In this document: positions 41,813-49,982 of the stretch, piece by piece
Layout of the letters: each line of letters begins with the position of its first letter
Position numbering within the stretch: the stretch's first letter is position 1
Origin: Rhodocyclales bacterium
GTDB lineage: Bacteria > Pseudomonadota > Gammaproteobacteria > Burkholderiales > Rhodocyclaceae
Direction: 5' to 3'
Assembly: GCA_026399415.1 (NCBI GenBank)
Contig: JAPLQZ010000213.1
Span: 2,738 to 66,737 of the forward strand
DNA: 64,000 bases
Notes under the pieces: model-generated
Told to the model about the DNA's origin: nothing
Database searches by the model: none
The model's input: the letters and a program-made list of their open reading frames with translations, nothing else
Made by a program: the position numbers and the translations under genes

Positions 41813-42184
41813 TCAGTAGCGATTCGGGTTATCCGGTGCGCGATCCTGGCGATTCGGAACGCCGTCTCCATCGCGATCGGCCCGGCTCCAGTTGCCGCGC
41901 ACCATGTGCCAGCGTCCATCACGTTCCAGCCACATGGGCTGGCTGTACTGATAGCCCCGGCGTTCGCGGATCCAGGTGCCTTGCACCCATTGGTGGTGAT
42001 GGTTCCTCCATCCCCAGTGCCCGGCAACCCACAGGTGGCCGGGGCGCGGCGAGGGAATGATTTCCGCACGAAGGGGTGGCGGTGCAACTTGCACAAATAC
42101 AACTGCAGCGGCAGCTGCCGGAATCGAGATACTGCCGAGGCATGCCGACAGCAGCGCCGCAAGAACGGTTTTCCTGATCATCAC
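41813..42184 (-). CDS. YXWGXW-repeat protein with DxDGDG tail
   Basis: APPP.R.E..P.PRPG..WV.G.W.W repeats. Confidence 0.85.
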   Translation of the reverse strand: MMIRKTVLAALLSACLGSISIPAAAAAVVFVQVAPPPLRAEIIPSPRPGHLWVAGHWGWRNHHHQWVQGTWIRERRGYQYSQPMWLERDGRWHMVRGNWSRADRDGDGVPNRQDRAPDNPNRY

Positions 42185-42243
42185 AATCTCCTGTCAAAGG
42201 GTCTGTAAGAAAGGACGTTGTATCGGGAATCCGCTGCGCGGTA

Positions 42244-42261
42244 TGTGCGCCAGGACGCACA
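42244..42261 (-). promoter_or_regulatory. Operator variant TGTGCG-CCAGGA-CGCACA (6-bp spacer)
   Basis: Perfect arms, spacer 2 bp longer than usual; upstream of the YXWGXW gene. Confidence 0.45.
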
Positions 42262-42340
42262 GCAGCGCTTTCATCGACAGGCCGTTGCGCCATGCCGTCC
42301 GCATGCGTTCAGTGGCTGCGATTGCAGAAATCGCAGTGGA

Positions 42341-42356
42341 AGTCCGCTGCCGCACG
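42341..42356 (+). promoter_or_regulatory. Operator-like AGTCCG-CTGC-CGCACG; CAAGCT at 42378
   Basis: Points toward the stub ORF at 42434. Confidence 0.45.
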
Positions 42357-42433
42357 GAGCCGGTCCGGAATCGCCGGCAAGCTGCCGCCAATCACCCGTC
42401 ATTTCCTTCCAACAGAGAACGACAGGACGAATC

Positions 42434-42502
42434 ATGTTGAAAACCAAACCATTGATTATTGCCTTGCTGGCATTCAGCGGAACGAACGGCAAGCTTGACT
42501 GA
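42434..42502 (+). pseudogene. Signal-peptide stub MLKTKPLIIALLAFSGTNGKLD*
   Basis: AGGA RBS and a signal-like N-terminus, then an early stop. Confidence 0.35.
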
Positions 42503-42517
42503 GTCGCGGGACCGCGA

Positions 42518-42715
42518 CTACTTCTTGTTGCCCTTTGCGGCGTCCTGAATGTCCTGGCCGGCCTTTTCGATTTGCTGTCCGACCTGTGCCGCCGCCTTGT
42601 CGACTTCCTTGCCGGCGCGCTCTGCCGGCCCTTCCTGCTTCTGGCAGGCGGCCAGTGCCGCCAGCATGGCACTCATCACCACGACCGTCTTGACGGTCTC
42701 CGGGAATTTCATCAT
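42518..42715 (-). CDS. Small lipoprotein (GPAERAGK..D type)
   Basis: Lipobox LAAC; resembles the N-terminus of the BON protein at 18301. Confidence 0.8.
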   Translation of the reverse strand: MMKFPETVKTVVVMSAMLAALAACQKQEGPAERAGKEVDKAAAQVGQQIEKAGQDIQDAAKGNKK

Positions 42716-42836
42716 TTCCATCTCCTGGTGGCCCCAAAGCATGAGCGACCCATCAGGTCGCTCATGCTCGAAGGCGGGGAAAATCGGTGGCCGCGACACG
42801 CTGCCCGTTCAGGCGAGGCGCATCGCGGGCCGATCA

Positions 42837-43052
42837 TCATTTATGCACTTCGTGGCCGATAACGCCGCCGACGGCGGCGCCGCCGACCGTGCCGATAGCG
42901 CTGCCGCCGGTAAGAATGGAACCGCCGATGGCGCCGACTCCGGCACCGATCGCGGTATTCTTTTCCTGTGCCGACATGCCGGCGCAACCGCCCAGGCCGA
43001 GCATCGTTACAACAGCAATTGCGCTGAGTGTGAGTCGTTGTGTAGTTTTCAT
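42837..43052 (-). CDS. Glycine-zipper 2TM lipoprotein (OsmB-like)
   Basis: LGGC..TAIGAGVGAIGG.ILTGGS..GTVGGAAVGGVIGH. Confidence 0.88.
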   Translation of the reverse strand: MKTTQRLTLSAIAVVTMLGLGGCAGMSAQEKNTAIGAGVGAIGGSILTGGSAIGTVGGAAVGGVIGHEVHK

Positions 43053-43110
43053 TGGGTTACCTCTTTGTCGAACATTGAGTTTCGGTGCTTCTGGTTTGTT
43101 CTCTTGTTAG

Positions 43111-43731
43111 TCAGGACTTGCCGAAGTGCGCCTTGGCCTGGTTCACGCAGCCATCCTTGGCGCTGCCGGCGTAGGTGTCGCACTTTTCCTTTGCCACCGC
43201 GTACTCGGCGTCACGCTTGTCTGCCGTCGCATCCTTGCGCGCATCGGCGCTCTTCTTGTTCGCGTCGTTGTGCGCCTCGGCAGACTTGACGTTGGCGGTG
43301 TCTTGCGCATTCGTGATCTTCATCTGCGCCTTGGCGTCGGCTCTGGCAGTGGTTTCCGCCGCCCTGGCTTCCTTCACGCAAATATCCTTGGCGGTGCCGG
43401 CCTTGTCGTCGCAACGCTCTTTGGCCACCGAATAATCGGCCTCGGCGCGGGCGACGCGCGCCTCGTAATGAGTTTTTGGAGTGGGTTGGTAACCGGCCCG
43501 GAGGTCAGCCTTGGAGATCGCCTCCTTGCCCCTGGCCTCGGCCACGCAGATATCCCTGGCGTTGCCTGACAGAGAGCCGCAGGCGGTCTTGGCGGATTTG
43601 TACTCGGTCGAAATCTTGTGCTTGGCCACCTTGTAGTCGGCCTTCGACATGCTTTGTGCCATGGCGCCGGCACTGAATGCAAGGCTGACGGCAAGCGCGA
43701 TCGCGTTGATGGTGAGTCTGTTCATTTTCAT
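43111..43731 (-). CDS. Secreted helical protein with C-x9-C repeats
   Basis: Signal peptide; three Y..AK..C..(G).AKD.C repeats. Confidence 0.75.
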   Translation of the reverse strand: MKMNRLTINAIALAVSLAFSAGAMAQSMSKADYKVAKHKISTEYKSAKTACGSLSGNARDICVAEARGKEAISKADLRAGYQPTPKTHYEARVARAEADYSVAKERCDDKAGTAKDICVKEARAAETTARADAKAQMKITNAQDTANVKSAEAHNDANKKSADARKDATADKRDAEYAVAKEKCDTYAGSAKDGCVNQAKAHFGKS

Positions 43732-43802
43732 TCCTTAGTGTAGTGAGACGGGCGGCGATGCTTTGGCAGGTCGTGCCGGACATACGCCGTCGGGTGGAAC
43801 AA

Positions 43803-44501
43803 CTAGTTGACGATCGAGGTACCCACTACTTCGATATCGACGTGACGGTCCGGTTGCAGGCAGGCGATCACCTTTGCGCTCTTGGCGCCGAGGCAGTCAC
43901 CGGCTTTGGTCAAAGGCTGCGTCTCACCCTTGCCTTCGGTGTACACGCGATTCGGTTCGATGCCCTTGCTGACCAGATAGGCCTTTACCGTCGCGGCACG
44001 TTGCTCGGACAGGTTCTGGTTGTAGGCGTCCGAACCGAGGCGGTCGGCATGCCCGACCGCCATGATCACTTCGGGCTTGATATTCCTGCTTTTGGCAATG
44101 AAGTCATCCAGCGCCGAGTGCCCGGCGGGACGTAGATCCGCCTTGTTGAAGTCGAACAGGGTATCGGCGTCCAGCTTCACTCGCTGGGCCGCCGGAATCG
44201 GCGCCGGCGCGGGTGCCGGGGCTGCGGCAAGTGGCCTTTGCGCCGGTTCGGCCGCCTTCATGGCGAGCGGCGGCTTTCTCACCAGGTCGGGATCGCATTC
44301 TTCGATCGCCAGCGCCGGAGTCCAGTAGCCGGTGCGCCAGCACAGGCCGGCGCCGCTCTTGGTAACCTGGCCACGCTGATCAACGAGGTACCCTTCTTTC
44401 GTCGGATTTGTTTGCGCGGTTGCTGCGCCCGATACCAGGCCGAACGCCAGAGCGCACGATACGGCCAGGGTCATTTGCTTCGTGATTAATGCATAAGTCA
44501 T
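43803..44501 (-). CDS. OmpA/RmpM-family protein
   Basis: GLCWRTGYWTP, LFDF.KA.L, GHADRLG..YNQ.LSE.RA, IACL.PDR.V.IEV. Confidence 0.92.
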   Translation of the reverse strand: MTYALITKQMTLAVSCALAFGLVSGAATAQTNPTKEGYLVDQRGQVTKSGAGLCWRTGYWTPALAIEECDPDLVRKPPLAMKAAEPAQRPLAAAPAPAPAPIPAAQRVKLDADTLFDFNKADLRPAGHSALDDFIAKSRNIKPEVIMAVGHADRLGSDAYNQNLSEQRAATVKAYLVSKGIEPNRVYTEGKGETQPLTKAGDCLGAKSAKVIACLQPDRHVDIEVVGTSIVN

Positions 44502-44709
44502 GATGATTTCCGATCCATAAAAAGGTATGCCAGTCTCCGCCTTCGGTTTTTCGTTCTTTCGGCTGTCTGCAGAAGCGGGGGAAATACTGACAGTCACTGC
44601 GAATCGGTCTGAACCAGTCGCCGGCCATGTGATGCAAAACCATGTGCCGTATCTGCTGTGCGGCCAACCGATCATTGCGACCATGATCGATCGAATTTGG
44701 AATGTTCTC

Positions 44710-44725
44710 TGTACGTTGTCGCACA
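44710..44725 (-). promoter_or_regulatory. Operator TGTACG-TTGT-CGCACA; GATCAT at 44688 (-)
   Basis: Upstream of the OmpA gene. Confidence 0.72.
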
Positions 44726-44744
44726 CAGCACGCACTCGGCGAAT

Positions 44745-45014
44745 TCACCATGAAGCTCGCTCCTGCCGAGGGCCGTGGTCGGCTTCCCGGCTCACCATCG
44801 CCAATGGGTCCCCCGCCGCACCGCTGACGGCAATGTCAGTGGCTTCCTGCCTGGCGGGTTCGAGCAAAGGCGTCACGCGATATCCGGCGTAATCGCTGCC
44901 TGATCTGCCGGCTGCAGCATTGGGCGCCGCAGGCGGAATGTCCGTGGTTGCGCACACGGCGAGAATCAGGGCGGCTAGCGCCAGCACCGATTCGAATTCA
45001 TTCATCGCTTTCAT
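44745..45014 (-). CDS. Small hypothetical protein
   Basis: ORF with AGGAG RBS and hydrophobic N-terminus. Confidence 0.45.
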   Translation of the reverse strand: MKAMNEFESVLALAALILAVCATTDIPPAAPNAAAGRSGSDYAGYRVTPLLEPARQEATDIAVSGAAGDPLAMVSREADHGPRQERASW

Positions 45015-45104
45015 GGCATGACTCCTGAGTCACGTGAAGAAGCTTGCTATTCAGGCCACGGTCCCCCGATCAAAAAGCCGGGGAACCGTTGGCGACGATG
45101 CGGA

Positions 45105-45464
45105 TTACTGCTTGCCCTTGACGATCATGTCGTTCTTGACGGATTTCACGCCCTTGACGCTGCGCGCAATCTTGACGGCCTTGTCGATGTCGGCGCGGGA
45201 ACTGACGAAGCCGGTCAACTGAACGATGCCCTTGTAGGTTTCGACATTGATTTCTGTCGACTTGAGCGAGGATTCTTCGAGCATCAGGGCCTTCAGCTTG
45301 CCGGTGATGACGGCGTCGTCCACATAGGCGCGCGGGGATTCTTTCTTGGCTGCCGGTGCGGCCGCCTGGGCTTCGTCTTTCGCCACGTCGGATGCCGCCA
45401 TTGCATTGGCACTGAAGGCGAGGACAATCGCAGCGGCGACTGTGGTGAGGTTGAATTTGTTCAT
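45105..45464 (-). CDS. BON domain protein
   Basis: Signal peptide; YVDDAVIT.K.K..INVETYKG.VQL.GFV. Confidence 0.9.
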   Translation of the reverse strand: MNKFNLTTVAAAIVLAFSANAMAASDVAKDEAQAAAPAAKKESPRAYVDDAVITGKLKALMLEESSLKSTEINVETYKGIVQLTGFVSSRADIDKAVKIARSVKGVKSVKNDMIVKGKQ

Positions 45465-45564
45465 GGCTTTCTCCTGATGGTTGCTGGTAAGTGAAATTTG
45501 GCGGCGCAGAATTTGTATTCAGTACGCACCGCGGATCAGACTAGACACAAGTTTCGACGCGTTC

Positions 45565-45580
45565 TGTGCGCTGGCGTCCA
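45565..45580 (-). promoter_or_regulatory. Operator TGTGCG-CTGG-CGTCCA; -10 TAGTCT at 45543 (-)
   Basis: Upstream of the BON gene. Confidence 0.68.
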
Positions 45581-45594
45581 TAGCCCTATGCAGC

Positions 45595-45744
45595 CTAGAT
45601 CACCCTGCGCCCGCTGATGATCCGCAGCAGGACCACGACAATCGCAATCACCAGAAGGACGTGGATGAAGCCCCCGATGGTGGTCGACGTGACCAGACCG
45701 AGCAGCCACAGGACGAGCAGAACGACGGCGATTGTGTAGAGCAT
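45595..45744 (-). CDS. lmo0937-family (DUF5670) small membrane protein (not in ORF track)
   Basis: MLYTIAVVLLVLWLLGLVTSTTIGGFIHVLLVIAIVVVLLRIISGRRVI. Confidence 0.9.
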   Translation of the reverse strand: MLYTIAVVLLVLWLLGLVTSTTIGGFIHVLLVIAIVVVLLRIISGRRVI

Positions 45745-45802
45745 TGGGTGACCTCTTTGCGTAATGGCAGCGTTGGAACAGGGGAAAGTTTCTTGCGGAT
45801 TT

Positions 45803-46891
45803 CTACTGCACGACGGTCAGGGTGCCGTTGGCCAGCTTGACCCGGGTGCCGACTGCAAACCCCGGTTGCGCCGCATAGGAAATGGTCTTGGAACCGCCGT
45901 TTTCGAGACGCACGACCACTTCATAATGCTTGGTCGTTTTCATCCTCTTCTCGATTTCGTTGCCGGCGTAGGCGCCTCCTGCCAGGCCGACCACCTGGGC
46001 GATGGTGGTGCCTGCGCCATGGCCGACCTGGCTGCCGAGCAAGGCTCCGGCAACACCCCCGGCGATGGGCCCGAGATAGCTGCCCTGGCCTTTGACTTCG
46101 ACGACATGGATCGCTTCGACCACGCCGCAATTGACGCACAGGCGGGCCGCCTGGCGGGCGCTCGACTGATAGTTGGCGCCGGCCACCAGAGATTGGCCGA
46201 GCACCGCGCTGGTTTCACGGTTGTCGATGCGGAGATTGCCCGTCACCTCCGCATTGGCCGCAATCCGGTCGCGATTCTTGACGGTGTAGCTGCCCTCATA
46301 CACGCCGGCCCTGATTTCGCTCAGCACGATCTTGCCCTTGACGCCGGCTATCCGGGCGCTTGCAATTCCGCCCGGAGTGCCGGACAGCGTGAGAATCAGT
46401 TCTTCGCCCGCGACAAGATTCGCCGGCGGATCGACATCGAAGCGGTCGATCTTCGGCGCCATTGCCGAGGTCGCGGGACGGAGTTTCGGTTTGCCCACGC
46501 CTCTGCCGACCAGCGGCTCATCGAGAATGGCGCTGGCCACCTTGTTGCCGACGCGCAAATTGGCGGTGGCCGTGCTTGCCGCCGTTATCCTGTCCCGGTT
46601 GCGGATGGTGTAAGTGCCTTCATAGACACCGGCTTCGGTTTCCACCAGAACCGCACTCCCCGTGGCGCCGCCGATCTGGACCGCCGCAGTGCCGCCGGGA
46701 CTGCCGTACAGCGTAAACACCAGTTCGCCGCCCGGCACCGGCCGTGCCACCGGGTCCACATCGAAGCCATCGATTCTCGCGGCGGCGGACACGGAAGGGT
46801 GCTGGGCGCGGGCCTCGTTCGGCGCAAATGCCAGCGGCAGGAATGCCGCCAGGGCGAACAAGCCAAGGACAATCTTTTTGTACATTTTCAT
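45803..46891 (-). CDS. Secreted protein with two tandem beta domains and glycine-zipper 2TM
   Basis: Two IDxFDVDP..L.E..AGVYEG.YT..NRDRI repeats; C.NCGVV; GA..G..VG.G.G. Confidence 0.8.
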   Translation of the reverse strand: MKMYKKIVLGLFALAAFLPLAFAPNEARAQHPSVSAAARIDGFDVDPVARPVPGGELVFTLYGSPGGTAAVQIGGATGSAVLVETEAGVYEGTYTIRNRDRITAASTATANLRVGNKVASAILDEPLVGRGVGKPKLRPATSAMAPKIDRFDVDPPANLVAGEELILTLSGTPGGIASARIAGVKGKIVLSEIRAGVYEGSYTVKNRDRIAANAEVTGNLRIDNRETSAVLGQSLVAGANYQSSARQAARLCVNCGVVEAIHVVEVKGQGSYLGPIAGGVAGALLGSQVGHGAGTTIAQVVGLAGGAYAGNEIEKRMKTTKHYEVVVRLENGGSKTISYAAQPGFAVGTRVKLANGTLTVVQ

Positions 46892-46897
46892 GCTCCT

Positions 46898-47110
46898 CTA
46901 GAAATGCCAGTTGCGGTGGTGATGCTGAAAATCCCGCAGTTGGCGTGCCGCTGTTTCCTGCGCGAGGGCGCTGGCCTGCCTGGCCTTGCCGATGATCTGG
47001 TCGCGCCTTCCGGCGGTCTCCCGCAACCAGTCGCCGGTCAGTTCGCCCCAGGCCTGGTTTGTCCTTCCGGCAAGCTGCAGGCAGATACCCGCAAATCGTT
47101 CTCCGTTCAT
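46898..47110 (-). CDS. CsbD-like protein
   Basis: MN..RFAG..QL.G...WGELTGD..G.RDQ..G. Confidence 0.75.
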   Translation of the reverse strand: MNGERFAGICLQLAGRTNQAWGELTGDWLRETAGRRDQIIGKARQASALAQETAARQLRDFQHHHRNWHF

Positions 47111-47191
47111 TGCCGCCTCCTGTATTGGTCAAGGCACCACGACCAGCCGGCGCTCATGGCTCAAATCCTGAACCCGGCGCCGGCTGCGGTC

Positions 47192-47207
47192 TGTACGCCA
47201 ACGCACA
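47192..47207. promoter_or_regulatory. Operator TGTACG-CCAA-CGCACA; AATCAT at 47229 (+), CAGGAT at 47170 (-)
   Basis: Lies between divergent csbD and marC. Confidence 0.75.
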
Positions 47208-47287
47208 ATCGACTGGCCTTCCGCAAGAAATCATGCAAAGCTGCTTGCGCACCCCACTGATCGGGAGGCAAGAACGGGAAGCCATCG

Positions 47288-47926
47288 ATGCTGACAATCA
47301 CCGCACTTACCATCAAGAAAACAATCACGCTGTTCGCCCTGGTCGGACCGATCACCATGGTTCCGCTGTTCCTTGCCACCACACGGGAACTGGATCTGCA
47401 GCGAAAGGTCCGCTTCGCGCGGACCATAGGATTCAGCGTGACAGTGGCATTGCTGGTGGCGGCCTTTCTCGGCATGCCTCTATTGGGTTTTCTCGGCGTA
47501 TCGCTCGGCGCCATGCGGGTGGGCGGAGGGATCATCGTCCTGTTGCTGGCGATAGCCATGGTGCTCGGCCAGGAAACCAGCTTCAAGGGATTGCCGCCGG
47601 CCACGACCGGCCAGCCCGTGAATGAGGTGTCGATTGTGCCGCTGGCGGTGCCCTTACTGGCCGGGCCGGCCGCCTTCAGCTACGTCATGGGCAATAGCGA
47701 ATGGCATGGTTATGCCGATCTGATCCACGTCGTCGTGCCGATTTTCATTGTCGGCATCGCCTGCTGGATCACCTTCCATACCGCCTGTCAGCGGGGAGAG
47801 AAAATCCGCCAGTCAACGCTGGATATCGTCGAACGCGTCGGCGGCTTCATCCTTGCGGCGATGGCCGTGGAGATGATCGCCATCGGCCTGCGCAGCCTGT
47901 TTCCACTGCTCGCAAGCAGCGGCTAG
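47288..47926 (+). CDS. MarC family membrane protein
   Basis: LF.LV.P...P.F, GG..., IVPLAVPLLAGP, ER..G.IL. Confidence 0.88.
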   Translation: MLTITALTIKKTITLFALVGPITMVPLFLATTRELDLQRKVRFARTIGFSVTVALLVAAFLGMPLLGFLGVSLGAMRVGGGIIVLLLAIAMVLGQETSFKGLPPATTGQPVNEVSIVPLAVPLLAGPAAFSYVMGNSEWHGYADLIHVVVPIFIVGIACWITFHTACQRGEKIRQSTLDIVERVGGFILAAMAVEMIAIGLRSLFPLLASSG

Positions 47927-47927
47927 A

Positions 47928-48198
47928 TTAGGGTCTGTTCTCAATCATGCGACGGTGGCGCCGGGATCAAATCGGGATGCGATGCAAGGCGCGGCGACGC
48001 CGCGATGTTCATACCTCGCCAGGAGCCGCAACGCCGCAGCGCGCCAGATTTGACCCGGCCCTGCGGGTTGAGGCCGGACGCGGCGTCTGCGGCGTTGTCG
48101 GACTTGGCAAGGGATTACCCTTGCCGGCGTCCTCCGCCTTGCATCCATCCGCGTCTGGCCTCAACGCCATCCGCCGGATGATTGAGAACAGACCCTAA
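47928..48198. mobile_element. MITE (non-autonomous, IS5-like ends)
   Basis: Perfect 21-bp inverted ends ttagggtctgttctcaatcat / atgattgagaacagaccctaa; nested internal IRs; no transposase. Confidence 0.8.
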
Positions 48199-49982
48199 CG
48201 ATCGGCGGAAAATCTCAGCGCCACGTCCAGCGTGTCCATGAACTCGCTGACCTTGATCGGTTTCGTCAGATAGCTGAAGAACCCTGCCGCAAGGGCCTTC
48301 TCGATATCGCGCGGTATCGCATTGGCACTGAGCGCGATGATCGGGATGCGCGCCGTCGATGGGTCTGCACGGAGGATTTTCAGGGCGTCGAGCCCGCTGA
48401 TGCCGGGCAGGTTGATGTCCATCAGAATCACCTCCGGCAGATGGGTGCGCGCAAACTCGACACCGAGATTGCCATCCGCCACGGACAGCAGGCGCAGGTC
48501 GGAGCGGCGCTCGATCAGTTGCTCGACCAGGTCCTGGTTGGCCGGATTGTCTTCCACCAGCAGCACGGTGCGCAACGATGGGCCCGCGGACACCTTCGGT
48601 GGTATGGGTGGCGATGTCTTTGCCGCCTCAGGACTTCCCGGCGGCGGTGCCGTGGTCCGGCTCAATTCGAACCAGAACACGCTGCCCACGTCGACGGCGC
48701 TGTCGACTCCAATAGTGCCTCCCATCAGTTCCACCAGCCGCTTGGTGACCACCAGGCCGATGCCCGTGCCCTCCTCCACGCCGGCCTCCTTGCCGAGACG
48801 ATTGAAGGGCTGAAACAGCTGCGCGACGCGTAGCACATCCAGCCCGGCACCGGTGTCGCGCACGCTGATGCGAATCACATTCGGAGAACTCAGTTTGCAC
48901 TCGACGGCAACCGAGCCTTCCGGCGTGTTGTACTTGATGGCGTTGAACAGCAGGTTGATCAGGATCTGCTTCACCCGGGTCCGGTCGGCATTGACAAAAA
49001 GCGGCGTGTCGAATTGCGGAAAGCTGAGGCCGATGCTGCGCTTTTGCGCCTGCGGCTCGATCATGGTGCGGCACTCGTGCATGACCTCGTCGACCGAGAC
49101 CGGCTCCCGCGACAGCATCACCTTGCCCGACTCGATCTGCGCCAGATCGAGGATTTCGTTGATCAGCTCCAGCAAATACCATCCCGCCTTGAGAATCTGG
49201 TCGAGGCTTTGCTTCTGGGACGGGGTCGGCGAGGTGCTGCCAGATTCCATTAGCTGGGCAAAACCGAGAATCGCATTGAGCGGCGTGCGCAACTCGTGGC
49301 TCATGCTGGAGAGAAAATCGGTCTTCGCCCGGTTGGCTTTTTCCGCCGCGACCATCGTTTCGTTGAGTTTCGCTTCGACGGCCTTGCGCACGCTGATGTC
49401 GGTCAGGGCGATGCTCACCTCCAGCAGGGTTCCCGCGGGAAAAATCGCCGTACCGTCGGCGCCGACTCCTGGCATGCCGCTGCCCATGACTCTGTGCCGC
49501 ACGCAGTCCATCTGCGCGTAAAAGATGGTGCCGTCACGCCGCTGCAATTCAAGTTCCTCGTGGCCTTGGTCTTCGTGGCTTTTTACGCTCAGGAAAAACG
49601 CGGCCCAGCGTGTCTGATCGACCGGACTGACGAACGAGTTGAAGCGCTTCTTCAACAGATTCTGGCGCTCCATCCCCAGCAGCTTGGCCCCGGTGAGGTT
49701 GATCTCCGCGATCAGGCCGTCGGCGGTTAGCGTGAGGTAGCCGACCGGAGCGAAGTCGTATAGCTCCGTGTAGCGGGTAAGCAAGGCTTCGAGCTCGACA
49801 TGGGACTGGCGCAACTCCTCGTTCTGCATTTCCAGCTCGACCTGGTGCACCTGCAACTCGTGCAGCAGTCGCAACTGATCCGCTTTGCTGGCGGCGGCGG
49901 TCGCCGGTTCCGTCGCCGGCACTGCCTTCAGCCGCGCTTCAGCGGCGGCGCGCAGACCAGCGGCGGCGGCGTCTTTTGTCAC
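48195..49982 (-). CDS. PAS hybrid histidine kinase
   Basis: LHELQVHQVELEMQNEEL, PAS, SHELRTP, NLLFNAIKY, GTGIGL, REC. Confidence 0.9.
   Translation of the reverse strand: MTKDAAAAGLRAAAEARLKAVPATEPATAAASKADQLRLLHELQVHQVELEMQNEELRQSHVELEALLTRYTELYDFAPVGYLTLTADGLIAEINLTGAKLLGMERQNLLKKRFNSFVSPVDQTRWAAFFLSVKSHEDQGHEELELQRRDGTIFYAQMDCVRHRVMGSGMPGVGADGTAIFPAGTLLEVSIALTDISVRKAVEAKLNETMVAAEKANRAKTDFLSSMSHELRTPLNAILGFAQLMESGSTSPTPSQKQSLDQILKAGWYLLELINEILDLAQIESGKVMLSREPVSVDEVMHECRTMIEPQAQKRSIGLSFPQFDTPLFVNADRTRVKQILINLLFNAIKYNTPEGSVAVECKLSSPNVIRISVRDTGAGLDVLRVAQLFQPFNRLGKEAGVEEGTGIGLVVTKRLVELMGGTIGVDSAVDVGSVFWFELSRTTAPPPGSPEAAKTSPPIPPKVSAGPSLRTVLLVEDNPANQDLVEQLIERRSDLRLLSVADGNLGVEFARTHLPEVILMDINLPGISGLDALKILRADPSTARIPIIALSANAIPRDIEKALAAGFFSYLTKPIKVSEFMDTLDVALRFSADR

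Noticed and set aside
45481-45840. 119-aa + strand ORF
   Set aside because: Antisense to the real lmo0937-family gene.
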